Part shown: positions 24,579-33,679 of the stretch, in pieces | How the letters are laid out: each line of letters begins with the position of its first letter | Numbering within the stretch: the stretch's first letter is position 1 | From: an uncultured Pseudomonadota bacterium | GTDB lineage: Bacteria; Myxococcota_A; Polyangia; Fen-1088 | Direction of reading: 5' to 3' | Assembly (NCBI GenBank): GCA_963847705.1 | Contig: CAWKBC010000032.1 | Location: 128,001-192,000 of the forward strand | DNA length: 64,000 nt | Notes under the pieces: model-generated | The model's input: only the letters and a program-made list of their open reading frames with translations | Databases searched by the model: none | Told to the model about the DNA's origin: nothing | Translations under genes and position numbers: made by a program

Positions 24579-25666
24579 CGCTCGTCCGCCTCGGTGGGCT
24601 CGCCGCCGCGCCGGCCGTGCCGGGCCATCGATTTGGCGACCGGATCGGCCGGCGCGATCAGGGGGCGGGGCGAGCCCGCCGCCTCGGCCGCTTGCAGCTC
24701 GGCGAAGAACGCCTCGCCGAGGCCGAGCATCGCCGCCGGATCGTCGACCGAAGAGGCGCGCTGGCGCAGCGAGGAGCCGCCGTAGAGGCCGCGCGAGTAC
24801 CAGGCCAGCGTCTTGCGCAGCTCGTGCACGCGCATCTTCTCGGGGCTGTGGGTGATGACCAGCTCGGCGTGGCGGTGCCAGACACGCGCGCGCTCGGCCA
24901 GCGCTGGCGGGCCCGGATCGGGCGCGCCCCGCTCCAGCGCGGCCAGCGAGCGGAAGAACCAGGGGTTCCCCATCGCGCCCCGCCCCACCATCACGGCGTC
25001 ACAGCCGGTCTCGTTCTTCATGCGGGTGTAGGCGGCGACGTCCTTCACGTCGCCGTTGCCGACGACCGGGATCTCCCGCGGCAGCGCGGCGCGCACGGCG
25101 GCGATGGGCGCCATCTGCGCCTGGCCCGAAAATCCCTGCGCGCGGGTGCGGCCATGAACGGTGATCATCGCGGCGCCGGCGTCGACCAGGCTGCGGGCGA
25201 ACGTCGCGGCGTTGAGGTTCTGCTCGTCCCAGCCGGCGCGGTGCTTGACGGTCACCGGGATCTGCGCCGGCACCGCGCGCCGCACGGCCGCCACCAGCGC
25301 CCCGGCCAGCTCGGGCTCGCGCATGAGGGCCGAGCCGCAGGCGCCGGCGGTCACCTTCTTGGCCGGGCAGCCCATGTTGATGTCGACGATCGAGGCGCCC
25401 ACGTCGACCGCCATCCCGGCGGCGCGCGCCAGAGCTTCCGGCTCGCGACCGAAGATCTGCACCGCGAAGCGGCGCCCCTCCAGGCTCGGCCACATTCGCC
25501 CGACCGCCTTGGCGGCGCCGCGCGTGAGCGCCTCAGCCGAGAGGAACTCGGTGAAGGTGAGCGCGGCGCCCAGCTCTTCGCAGATGGTGCGGAACGGGAG
25601 ATCCGTCACCGCTTCCATCGGCGCCAGGAGTGCGCCGGGGTTAAGCTCGATGTCGCCGATGCGCAT
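24560..25666 (-). CDS. dusB: tRNA-dihydrouridine synthase (DusB-like)
   Basis: LAPMEAVTD, DINMGCP, GSALMRE, PVTVKHRAGW, TVHGRT, GNGDV, VMVGRGAMGNPW. Confidence 0.9.
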   Translation of the reverse strand: MRIGDIELNPGALLAPMEAVTDLPFRTICEELGAALTFTEFLSAEALTRGAAKAVGRMWPSLEGRRFAVQIFGREPEALARAAGMAVDVGASIVDINMGCPAKKVTAGACGSALMREPELAGALVAAVRRAVPAQIPVTVKHRAGWDEQNLNAATFARSLVDAGAAMITVHGRTRAQGFSGQAQMAPIAAVRAALPREIPVVGNGDVKDVAAYTRMKNETGCDAVMVGRGAMGNPWFFRSLAALERGAPDPGPPALAERARVWHRHAELVITHSPEKMRVHELRKTLAWYSRGLYGGSSLRQRASSVDDPAAMLGLGEAFFAELQAAEAAGSPRPLIAPADPVAKSMARHGRRGGEPTEADERCVATS

Positions 25667-27833
25667 GCGGGCCCAGGAGAATAGCATCGCGCTGGCCGGA
25701 ATCGTCGTCGTTGCGCTGGGAACCGGCGCTTGCCGACGCGCGCCGCCGTCACCCTCGCCATCGCCGCCGCCGCCAGGGCCTCCGGTCGTGGTGGCGCCCG
25801 CGGGTCCTGAGGCTTTGCTGGCGGAGGTGGTCGATCCCGACAGCTGGGCGCGCGCCCCGGCCCCGGCGGACGCGCGGGCGCGGGATCGCCAGCAGGCGCT
25901 CGAAGACCTCGGGCCTTTTGAACGAACGGGCGAGCGCACGCGCCCCGGAGATCCCGCGTCGCCGCTCATCAACACCAACGCCGACTACTGGACCCGGTTG
26001 GTCGGGATCGCCTGGGACCGCGACGTCGACATCGACTTCGACCATGAGCCGGTCGATCTCGACGGCGACGGCAAGCCGGACACCACCGTCACGCGCCACA
26101 TCCACGCCAAGGGAGGGATCCTGGCCAACCCGGGGCTGTTCGGCCTGACGCCCACGCCCGACGATCCGCGCGGCCGCGTCGGACGGGTGTCGGTCTCGAC
26201 CGGCGTGCTCGGCCTGCGCGAGCCGCTCGGCCCCGACGGCCAGCCGACCGGCCAGATCGGCATGACCTGCTGGCTCTGCCACGGCGAGGCCAATCCGACC
26301 GGCGGCGCGATCGTGCTCGGGCTCCCCGGCGTGGCGTTCGATTATGGCCTGCTGCTGGCGACCGCGGCCGTGCTGGACGACGGCAACGCAGCCGCGGTCG
26401 AGGACCGGCGCGCGCGCGGATTTCCCTCGGGGCGCACGGTGCGCGCGCGCCTCCTGCTGGCGGGTCCCGGGCGTCAGGATCTGACCGGCGAGTTCGGGCT
26501 CGACGTGACGGTGCCCGGCTATCACTCGGCGCGCTACCCGGGGACCGGGCGCGTCCGGCAGCACACACGCGGCCTCGTCAACCCGATCAGCGTGCCGACG
26601 ATCCTGGCCGCGCCGGGGCTGGCGCTCGAGAACTGGTCCGGCTCCGAGGCCGCGGACGCTCCCTGGCTCGAGCGCCTGCTCGCGCTGGGCGGCGCGCCGC
26701 CGCTCCCGCCCGCGGCAGCCACCGGGACGACCGATCGCCGGGCGGTCCGCCGCGCGCTTCTCTTCGACCTGCGCAACCTGGGAACCCTCGGCCTTCAGCA
26801 GGATTCGTTCCCCGGGCTGCTCTGGTCCGACGCGATCTACGGACACGCCACGCTGTCGCCGACCGCGCTCCGTGCGATCCCCAAGCTGTACGCCGCGACG
26901 TCGGTGCGCGCCGTGCTCGCCGACAGGTTCGCGCGACCGCCCGGAGACCCCGCCGCGATCGCCCGCGGGCGCGAGATCTTCAGCGAGCGCATCGTCGGGG
27001 CCATCGCCAACCGCCAGATCCTGAAGCTCTCCCCGCCCGCTTATGCGGCCGCCAGGATGGAGGGACCGATCCTGGCGCCGATCGATCCGACCAAGCCGCT
27101 CGAGGCGAAGCTGGCGGTCCGCTGCGCCGACTGTCACGCGGGCGCGCCGCTGGAGAACAAGCTGCCGCTGGCGACGAACCCGCCGCCGCTCGGTCGTTGC
27201 TCGCATTGCCACCTGGCGCACAGCCGACTCGACGAATGGGCGACCCTCCGCGCGCCGTCGGTCGACGCTGCGCTGGTGCCCGTCTCGGCGCTCCCGCGCG
27301 GCCGCCAGCCCGCCGACGAGGTCGCGTTCTGCGGCGGATGCCACAGCCAGCACCGCGACTTCGGGCCGCTCGTCTACTCGTCGGGCCGCCTGTTTCCGTT
27401 CGACGCCGACGGCGACGGCGACGCCCAGCAGGACCCCGCGGCCGATCGGCGCGCCGGCGGGATCGGCACCGATCCCTGGCTGGCCTTCGACGTCCCGCGC
27501 GCGGAGTGGCCGTTCGCCATCGACGTCGCGACAATCTCCGATCCGACGCGCGCCGGTCACGTCGGCCAGGCGCGCATCGGCGCCGCCTGGGTGCGCGCCG
27601 CGCCGCTGCTGGGCCTCGCGGCCAGCGCGCCCTATCTGCACAACGGCTCCGTCCCGTCGCTGCGCGCGCTGCTCGATCCTCCGTCGAAGCGCCCCCTCAG
27701 CTTCCCGCTCGGCAAGGCGGGCTTCATCTTCGACACCCGCCTCCCCGGCAACAGCAACCAGGGCCACGACTTCGGCAGCAGGCTCAGCGCGCCCGAGAAA
27801 TCCGACCTCCTCGCCTTTCTCCTCTCTCTCTAG
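25665..27833 (+). CDS. Multiheme c-type cytochrome lipoprotein, RoxA/di-heme peroxidase-like C-terminus
   Basis: CWLCH, CADCH, CSHCH, CGGCH; APYLHNGSVPSL; FDTRLPGNSNQGHDFG; lipobox-like GTGAC; exact start uncertain. Confidence 0.8.
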   Translation: MRAQENSIALAGIVVVALGTGACRRAPPSPSPSPPPPGPPVVVAPAGPEALLAEVVDPDSWARAPAPADARARDRQQALEDLGPFERTGERTRPGDPASPLINTNADYWTRLVGIAWDRDVDIDFDHEPVDLDGDGKPDTTVTRHIHAKGGILANPGLFGLTPTPDDPRGRVGRVSVSTGVLGLREPLGPDGQPTGQIGMTCWLCHGEANPTGGAIVLGLPGVAFDYGLLLATAAVLDDGNAAAVEDRRARGFPSGRTVRARLLLAGPGRQDLTGEFGLDVTVPGYHSARYPGTGRVRQHTRGLVNPISVPTILAAPGLALENWSGSEAADAPWLERLLALGGAPPLPPAAATGTTDRRAVRRALLFDLRNLGTLGLQQDSFPGLLWSDAIYGHATLSPTALRAIPKLYAATSVRAVLADRFARPPGDPAAIARGREIFSERIVGAIANRQILKLSPPAYAAARMEGPILAPIDPTKPLEAKLAVRCADCHAGAPLENKLPLATNPPPLGRCSHCHLAHSRLDEWATLRAPSVDAALVPVSALPRGRQPADEVAFCGGCHSQHRDFGPLVYSSGRLFPFDADGDGDAQQDPAADRRAGGIGTDPWLAFDVPRAEWPFAIDVATISDPTRAGHVGQARIGAAWVRAAPLLGLAASAPYLHNGSVPSLRALLDPPSKRPLSFPLGKAGFIFDTRLPGNSNQGHDFGSRLSAPEKSDLLAFLLSL

Positions 27834-27873
27834 TGAATCGGAGGTGGGTCCGTCGAGGGGCGAGCCCCCACGC

Positions 27874-29427
27874 TCATTTCGCGTAGTCGGTGGCGCGGGT
27901 CTCGCGGATGACGGAGACGCGGACCTGGCCGGGGTAGGCCAGCTCGGCCTCGACCTTGCGCGCGATGTCCTTCGACAGGAGGCGCGCCTCTTGATCGGAG
28001 ACGCGCGAGTTCTCGACGATGACACGGACCTCGCGGCCGGCCTGGATGGCGAAGGCGCGCTCGACGCCGGGGAAGCTGCGGGCGACCTCCTCGAGATCGG
28101 TGAGGCGCTGGACGTACGACTCCAGCATCTCCCGGCGCGCGCCAGGGCGCTGGCCCGACAGAACGTTCGCGGCGTCGACCAGGTGATCGAGGACGTCCAC
28201 CGGCGGCACCTCGCCGTGGTGGGCGGCGATCGCCTGGACCACGCGCGGGGGCTCGCCGAACTTGCGCGCGGCGGCGGCGCCGACGGCGGCGTGCGACCCC
28301 TCGGCCTCCTGCTCGATCGCCTTGCCGATGTCGTGCAGCAGGCCAGCGCGCCGGGCGGTCTTCACCGGCAGGTCGAGCTCGGCCGCCATCGCGCCGGCCA
28401 GGAAGCCGACCTCGATCGAGTGCTGCAGCAGATTCTGCGCGTTGCTGGAGCGAAACTTCAGCTTGCCCACCAGTCGAATCAGCTCCGGATGCAGCCGCGG
28501 CAGCCCCAGATCGAAGGCCGCCTGCTCGCCCGCCTCCTTGCACTGCTGCTCGATCTCCGAGGTGGCCTTCTCCACCATCTCCTCGATCCGCGTGGGGTGG
28601 ATGCGCCCGTCGGCGATGAGCCGGGTCAGCGCCAGCCGCGCGATCTCGCGCCGCACCGGATTGAAGCAGGAGATCACCACCGCCTCGGGCGTGTCGTCGA
28701 TGATGAGATCGACGCCGGTCGCAGCCTCGAGCGCGCGCACGTTGCGCCCCTCCCGGCCGATGATCCGCCCCTTCATCTCGTCCGAGGGCAACGGCACGGT
28801 GGCCACCGTCCGCTCGGCGACGTACTCGCTGGCGTAGCGCTGGACCGCCGCCGAGATCACCATCCTCGACTTCTCTTGGGCCTCGGCGCGCGCCGACTCC
28901 TCGATCTTCCGCACCTCATCGGCCGCGGCGCGACGCGCCTCCTCGCGCACCTCGTCGTAAAGACGGGCCTTGGCCTCCGCCATCGACAGCCCGGCGATCT
29001 TCTCCAGCCGCGCGCGCCCCTCCACCGCCTGCGCCGCCGCCGCCCGCGCCGCCGCCTCGGCCGCCGCCTCGCGCCCCGCCAGTTGCTTCTCGCTGCGGGC
29101 CGTCTCCTCCAGCCGCTGCTTCAGCTGACGCTCCTGGCGCTCGACCTCGCGCTCACGTTCGCTGGTCTCGCGCGCCTGCTTCTCCAGCTCCGCCTGGCGC
29201 CCCTTCAGCTCGGCGTCGATCTCGGCGCGCGCCTTTTGGGCCAGCTCCTTGGCGTCCAGCGCCGCCTGCCGCTTCAGCGACTCGGCCTCGACCTCGGCCG
29301 CCGCGACCAGCCGCCGCTTCTCCTCTTCCGAGTGCGGCAGCCCGGTCGGACGCATCGTCCGCCCCACGAAGAACGCGACCACCAGGACGACGAGCAGCAG
29401 CGAGAGGGCGACCGGCAGCGCGATCAT
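27874..29427 (-). CDS. rny: Ribonuclease Y
   Basis: N-terminal TM, coiled coil, KH (MKGRIIGREGRN), HD (LLHDIGK), AIQAGREVRV. Confidence 0.96.
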   Translation of the reverse strand: MIALPVALSLLLVVLVVAFFVGRTMRPTGLPHSEEEKRRLVAAAEVEAESLKRQAALDAKELAQKARAEIDAELKGRQAELEKQARETSEREREVERQERQLKQRLEETARSEKQLAGREAAAEAAARAAAAQAVEGRARLEKIAGLSMAEAKARLYDEVREEARRAAADEVRKIEESARAEAQEKSRMVISAAVQRYASEYVAERTVATVPLPSDEMKGRIIGREGRNVRALEAATGVDLIIDDTPEAVVISCFNPVRREIARLALTRLIADGRIHPTRIEEMVEKATSEIEQQCKEAGEQAAFDLGLPRLHPELIRLVGKLKFRSSNAQNLLQHSIEVGFLAGAMAAELDLPVKTARRAGLLHDIGKAIEQEAEGSHAAVGAAAARKFGEPPRVVQAIAAHHGEVPPVDVLDHLVDAANVLSGQRPGARREMLESYVQRLTDLEEVARSFPGVERAFAIQAGREVRVIVENSRVSDQEARLLSKDIARKVEAELAYPGQVRVSVIRETRATDYAK

Positions 29428-30083
29428 CGCGGTCCTTGGGCCCGCGCCGCGCCCGCGGGCCGCAGCACGCGCGCGTCGGTCACCACCAGATCGACCGGGA
29501 CGTCCCCCTCGGCGGCCGGACATCGGGCGACGATCTGGAAGTCGTAGCAGAGGCCGATCAGCGCCGGGCGCTTGCCCGGACCGGAGCGCGCCGGTCCCGA
29601 GGCGCCGAGTTTGCCGAAGGCGCCGTCGTAGTAACCGCCGCCGAACCCGAGCCGGCGCCCCTCCGCATCGAAGGCCAACCCCGGCACGATGACGACCTCC
29701 AGCTCGTCGGGGGCGATCTCGGGCGCCGCGGCGGCCGGCTCGCTGAGGCCGAAACGCCCGGCCGCGAGCGGTCCCGCGTCGGCGCGGTGAAAGCGGAGCC
29801 GGGGCGCCTCCGGGGCCACCCGCGGCAAGGCCACCGCCGCACCGGCGGCAGCGACCGCCGCCAGGGCCGGCGCCGGATCGATCTCCCCCTTGACCGCGAC
29901 GTAGCCGGCCACGGTCTTGAGGCCGGCGAGGGCCGCCAGCTCGGGCAGGGCCAGGAGCCGCGTGGAGGCGGCCTCGCTGCAGGTGCGGCGCTCGTTTTCG
30001 GACAGAGCCGCGCGCGCGGCGCTCATCTCGCGACGGAGTGCGCGCTTCTGCTCGGAGAGATCTGAACTCGTGAGGGGAGCCAT
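29424..30083 (-). CDS. ygfA: 5-formyltetrahydrofolate cyclo-ligase
   Basis: KRALRREM, VPGLAFDAEGRRLGFGGGYYD, DVPVDLVVT. Confidence 0.93.
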   Translation of the reverse strand: MAPLTSSDLSEQKRALRREMSAARAALSENERRTCSEAASTRLLALPELAALAGLKTVAGYVAVKGEIDPAPALAAVAAAGAAVALPRVAPEAPRLRFHRADAGPLAAGRFGLSEPAAAAPEIAPDELEVVIVPGLAFDAEGRRLGFGGGYYDGAFGKLGASGPARSGPGKRPALIGLCYDFQIVARCPAAEGDVPVDLVVTDARVLRPAGAARAQGPR

Positions 30084-30085
30084 CG

Positions 30086-30175
30086 TCGAGTGATGGGTCC
30101 CGGTGCTCTATTTATTGACGCGTCTGCCTTCGGACGGTTGCCCATGGCAAACGGCAGACCGGAACAATCAATCGA
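30086..30175 (-). ncRNA. Candidate compact structured RNA at the usual 6S RNA (ssrS) position
   Basis: zapA-ygfA intergenic; ends pair (UCGAUUGAUUGUUCCGG with CCGGGACCCAUCACUCGA), inner stem GUCUGCC/GGCAGAC, A-rich one-sided bulge; only about 90 nt. Confidence 0.4.
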
Positions 30176-30178
30176 GGG

Positions 30179-30463
30179 TCATACTCGCGCTTCGTGCGTC
30201 AGGCAGTCAAGCAGCGACTGACTCTTTTCGCGAATCTTCTTCCGCAGTTCACTGGTGTCGCGCCGCTCACGGAACAGCTCCTCCGCGAGCTGCAGCGCAG
30301 TCAGCATGGCGACCGCCTGGGTGTCGGGGGTGCGGGTCTTTTTCTGAACGTCGCGGAAGCGCTCGTCGACGAGCGCCGCGACCGCCTTCACCCACCGATC
30401 GTCCTCGTCGGTCTTGAGCGCGTACCGGACACCCGCGATCTGGACCGTCACCGAATGCTTCAT
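30179..30463 (-). CDS. zapA: Cell division protein ZapA
   Basis: MKHSVTVQIAGVRYALKTDED...VAMLTALQLAEELF; zapA-ygfA-rny synteny. Confidence 0.9.
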   Translation of the reverse strand: MKHSVTVQIAGVRYALKTDEDDRWVKAVAALVDERFRDVQKKTRTPDTQAVAMLTALQLAEELFRERRDTSELRKKIREKSQSLLDCLTHEARV

Positions 30464-31245
30464 GGCTCGCGCAGCAGCATACCACCGCCGCTCGGCCCCG
30501 AGACACGCACGCCGTCCTGGTAGAACACGTCCGCGATGAGCTGGCCGCGCTCGTCCCAGAACCTCCAGCGCCCCTCGCGCCGGCCGGCGAGGTAGCTGCC
30601 GTCGGCGGCCTGCGTCCCGTTCGGGTGCCACTCGCGCGCGGCCCGCTCGCGCACGCCGTCCAGAAACTCGAGCTCGCGCGACGGACGCCCGTCTTCGAAC
30701 CAGAACCGCCAGACGCCGACGCGCAGCCCCGCGGCGTCGTAGCTGCCGGCCAGGCGCGGGCGCCCGTTGGGAAAGCGCGAGACGAACGTGGCGTCCGTCG
30801 TCCCGCGCGCCTGGCGCGTCTCGCGGCCGGGGATCGGATCGTGCGAAGACAGCTTGATGATGCCGGAGCGGGTCGGGCCGAGCGCCTCCAGCTCGCCCGG
30901 GCTCAGGTGGGCGACGGCCGGATCGGTCGTCACCTGGACGAGCGCTCCGTCGTCCCACCGCTCGGCGCGCCAGTTGCGTCCGTCGTTGAAGCGATAGCGC
31001 CAGACGCCGCTCAGCGCGCCGTCGACGTAGCCGCCGCTCGCCAGTTCAGCGCCGCTCTCGTAGAAGCGGGTCTCCGGCCCCTGGCGCGCGCCGTCGGGGC
31101 GCCGGCACCACTCCGCCTCGGCGCCGCCCGAATAAACCTGCCGCGCGAGCGCCGTCCCGGGCGGACAGGTGGTGCGCCCGGTGGCGCAGGCCCCGAGCGC
31201 GAGCGCGCACCAGGCGGCGATCAGTGCAAGCGGCGGGCTTCGCAT
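30460..31245 (-). CDS. MORN-variant (YwqK-like) repeat lipoprotein
   Basis: Lipobox LGAC; repeats such as GSYLAGRREGRWRFWDERGQ. Confidence 0.8.
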   Translation of the reverse strand: MRSPPLALIAAWCALALGACATGRTTCPPGTALARQVYSGGAEAEWCRRPDGARQGPETRFYESGAELASGGYVDGALSGVWRYRFNDGRNWRAERWDDGALVQVTTDPAVAHLSPGELEALGPTRSGIIKLSSHDPIPGRETRQARGTTDATFVSRFPNGRPRLAGSYDAAGLRVGVWRFWFEDGRPSRELEFLDGVRERAAREWHPNGTQAADGSYLAGRREGRWRFWDERGQLIADVFYQDGVRVSGPSGGGMLLREP

Positions 31246-31304
31246 CGCTCGTCATTGTAAGCCGAGCGACAGACGCCGCGCGCGATCGTGTGTATTGATC
31301 CTGA

Positions 31305-32363
31305 GTGAGCATCCGTCAGGAAAAAAACAAGAAGCCCGGCGTCTCCTACGCCCTCGGGCACCTCGGCCCAGCCGGCCAGATCGGTCCCAAAGACGAATTC
31401 GAGCTGCCGGTCGTCGACGTGACCCACCCCGCCTTTGCGCTGGCGCCGACCGACGCGGAGCTGGCCGCCGAGGTCGCGCGCTTCCTCAACGAGCCGCAGC
31501 CGATGGCCGGGCTGCCGAGATTCTTGCGGCGTCCGCTGCTGCGCTTCCTGATGCGCGGCTCGGTGCTGGCGCGGGGGATCCAGGGCGCGGAGGGGAGCTT
31601 CTTGAGCGGCATGAACACCTACCTCTTGAAGCTCGGCCCCGACAACCTCGGCGCCGCCTACGCGCGCCCCATCGATCGCCGCATCGCCGCCGCGCTGCCG
31701 GTGATGGCCGTCCGGCTGCGCCTGGCGGACATGGCGACGCTGCTCGCCGAATCGCTTGGTCCGACGCTGGAGGCGCGCCCGCGCCATCCCCTGCGGCTGG
31801 TGAACATCGCGGGCGGCCCGGCGATGGACAGCCTCAATGCGCTCATCGTCCTGCGGCGCGATCGCCCCGGCGTCCTGGACGGCCGCCGCATCCAGATCGA
31901 CGTGCTCGATCGTGACGGCGATGGCCCGGCCTTCGGCGCCCGGGCCCTGACCGCGCTGCGCGCCGAGGGTGGCCCGCTGCACGGGCTCGACGTTCAGCTC
32001 CGCCACGTCCGCACCGACTGGACCGACACCGGCCCCCTGCGTGATCTCCTCCGGGCGGCACGCATCGGCACCGCGGTGATCGCCGGGTCATCGGAGGGGG
32101 GGCTGTTCGAATACGGGACCGACCCCGAGATCGAGGCCAACCTCGACTGTCTGCGCGACGAGGCGCCGTCCCATTTCGTCATGGTCGGCTCGGTGACCCG
32201 GGCCGACGAGCCGATCCAGCGCCTGCGGGCGACCAGCCGCGCCGCCACCCGCCCGCGCGGGTTGACGGCGTTCCGCGCCCTGGCGGCGCGCTGCGGGTGG
32301 CGGGTCACCCGCGCGCTCGAGCGCCCCTTCAGCGATCACGTCGTGCTCGCCCGCGCCCCCTGA
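31305..32363 (+). CDS. Conserved hypothetical protein, possible methyltransferase-like fold
   Basis: LVNIAGGPAMDSLNAL, SSEGGLFEYG; coding-like composition. Confidence 0.65.
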   Translation: MSIRQEKNKKPGVSYALGHLGPAGQIGPKDEFELPVVDVTHPAFALAPTDAELAAEVARFLNEPQPMAGLPRFLRRPLLRFLMRGSVLARGIQGAEGSFLSGMNTYLLKLGPDNLGAAYARPIDRRIAAALPVMAVRLRLADMATLLAESLGPTLEARPRHPLRLVNIAGGPAMDSLNALIVLRRDRPGVLDGRRIQIDVLDRDGDGPAFGARALTALRAEGGPLHGLDVQLRHVRTDWTDTGPLRDLLRAARIGTAVIAGSSEGGLFEYGTDPEIEANLDCLRDEAPSHFVMVGSVTRADEPIQRLRATSRAATRPRGLTAFRALAARCGWRVTRALERPFSDHVVLARAP

Positions 32364-32432
32364 AACGGCCGAGCTGAGACATTCTGGCGCTTGCCCGAGC
32401 CATCTCAGCCATTAGCTTCATGGGCGAACGCG

Positions 32433-33488
32433 ATGCGGCGATCCGTTGGGCACGTGCGGCTGGGTTGGAAGGACTTCCTCAAGGAGGTCTACCGCGAGTA
32501 CAGCCACGACAACGTCTCGGACACCGCCGCCGTCCTTGGTTACTACTTCGTCTACTCACTTTTCCCCTTTCTCTTCTTCCTCGCCACCCTGGCCGCCTAC
32601 ATCCCGAACGTTCGGGTCTCGATGGAGACCCTGCTGGCGCGGGCCCACGCGCTCGTCCCTTCGATGGCGATGAGCATGATCGAGAAGAACCTGCGCGCCC
32701 TGGTGGCGCACCCGCGGCCCCACTTGTTGACCATCGGGCTGGCCGGCACGCTCTACTCCGCTTCACGCGGCGTGGACGCCGTCCGCAGAGCGCTCAACCT
32801 CGCCTACGACGTCAAGGAGTCGCGCCCCTTCTGGAAGACCGAGCTGCTGGCATTCGGAATGACGATCAGCAGCGCGGCGCTGATCCTGTTCGGGATCGCG
32901 GCCCTGATCGCTGGCGGCAACGTCGGGTTGTGGGCGGCGGACAAGCTTCACATTGCCCCCGCCTACGTCGTCGTCTGGAGCTGGCTGCGCTGGCCGGTGA
33001 CGGCGGTGCTCATCATGTCGTGCGCGGCGACCGGCTACTACCTGCTCCCCGACGTCGAGCAGGAGTTCCGGTTCATCACGCCGGGCTCGGTGGTGGGGAC
33101 GCTGGTCTGGCTGCTGGGAACCTGGGGTTTCAGCCAGTACGCCGGCCACTTCGGCAGCTACAACGTCACCTTCGGCTCGATCGGCGGGGTCGTCCTGCTG
33201 ATGACCTGGTTCTACATCACCGCCTTCATCTTCATCATGGGCGGCGAGATCAACGCCATCTTGGAAGCGGCCTCCGAGGAGGGGAAAGCCTCGGGCGCCC
33301 GCGCCCCGGGCGAAGTGCCGCCGCCGCCCTCGCAGCGTCCGAGCGCGATGCCCCCCGGCGCCGCCAAGCGCGCCGAGGTCGCCGCGGAGACGCCCGGCGG
33401 AGCCACGCCACCGCCCGGCCTGCCCGCCCCCCCACCGCCGGCCACGCCAATCGCCCCCTACCCGCCCGCGGCAGACGACCCGCACTGA
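32433..33488 (+). CDS. YihY/virulence factor BrkB family membrane protein
   Basis: AAVLGYYFVYSLFPFL, ALNLAYDVKESRPFW, YNVTFGSIGGVVLLMTWFY, GGEINA; start uncertain. Confidence 0.9.
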   Translation: MRRSVGHVRLGWKDFLKEVYREYSHDNVSDTAAVLGYYFVYSLFPFLFFLATLAAYIPNVRVSMETLLARAHALVPSMAMSMIEKNLRALVAHPRPHLLTIGLAGTLYSASRGVDAVRRALNLAYDVKESRPFWKTELLAFGMTISSAALILFGIAALIAGGNVGLWAADKLHIAPAYVVVWSWLRWPVTAVLIMSCAATGYYLLPDVEQEFRFITPGSVVGTLVWLLGTWGFSQYAGHFGSYNVTFGSIGGVVLLMTWFYITAFIFIMGGEINAILEAASEEGKASGARAPGEVPPPPSQRPSAMPPGAAKRAEVAAETPGGATPPPGLPAPPPPATPIAPYPPAADDPH

Positions 33489-33679
33489 GCCAAGCGGCGT
33501 CGGTTCCGGCCCCGGCTTCATCCAGCCGATGCACGGGGTGAGGTCACGCACGCCGCTCCATCGCGCCCTCTACGCGATCACCACCCCGCTCTTCCCGATC
33601 GTCAAGCTGCTGTCGGGAGGTCCCCATTCACCACCGAGGACATCGGGCGCGCCCTAATCGAGGCCGCCAAGGAGCCGAA

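Noticed and set aside
25161-25664. N-terminal extension of the 890-aa cytochrome ORF
   Set aside because: Antisense to dusB; the signal peptide begins near 25665
27043-29547. Long Arg/Pro/Ala-rich alternative-frame ORFs here and throughout the window
   Set aside because: Expected from stop-codon scarcity at high GC; they overlap well-supported genes and show no motifs
30460-31245. YwqK-like protein as part of a toxin-antitoxin pair
   Set aside because: No adjacent toxin gene; MORN-variant repeat lipoproteins are common as stand-alone genes
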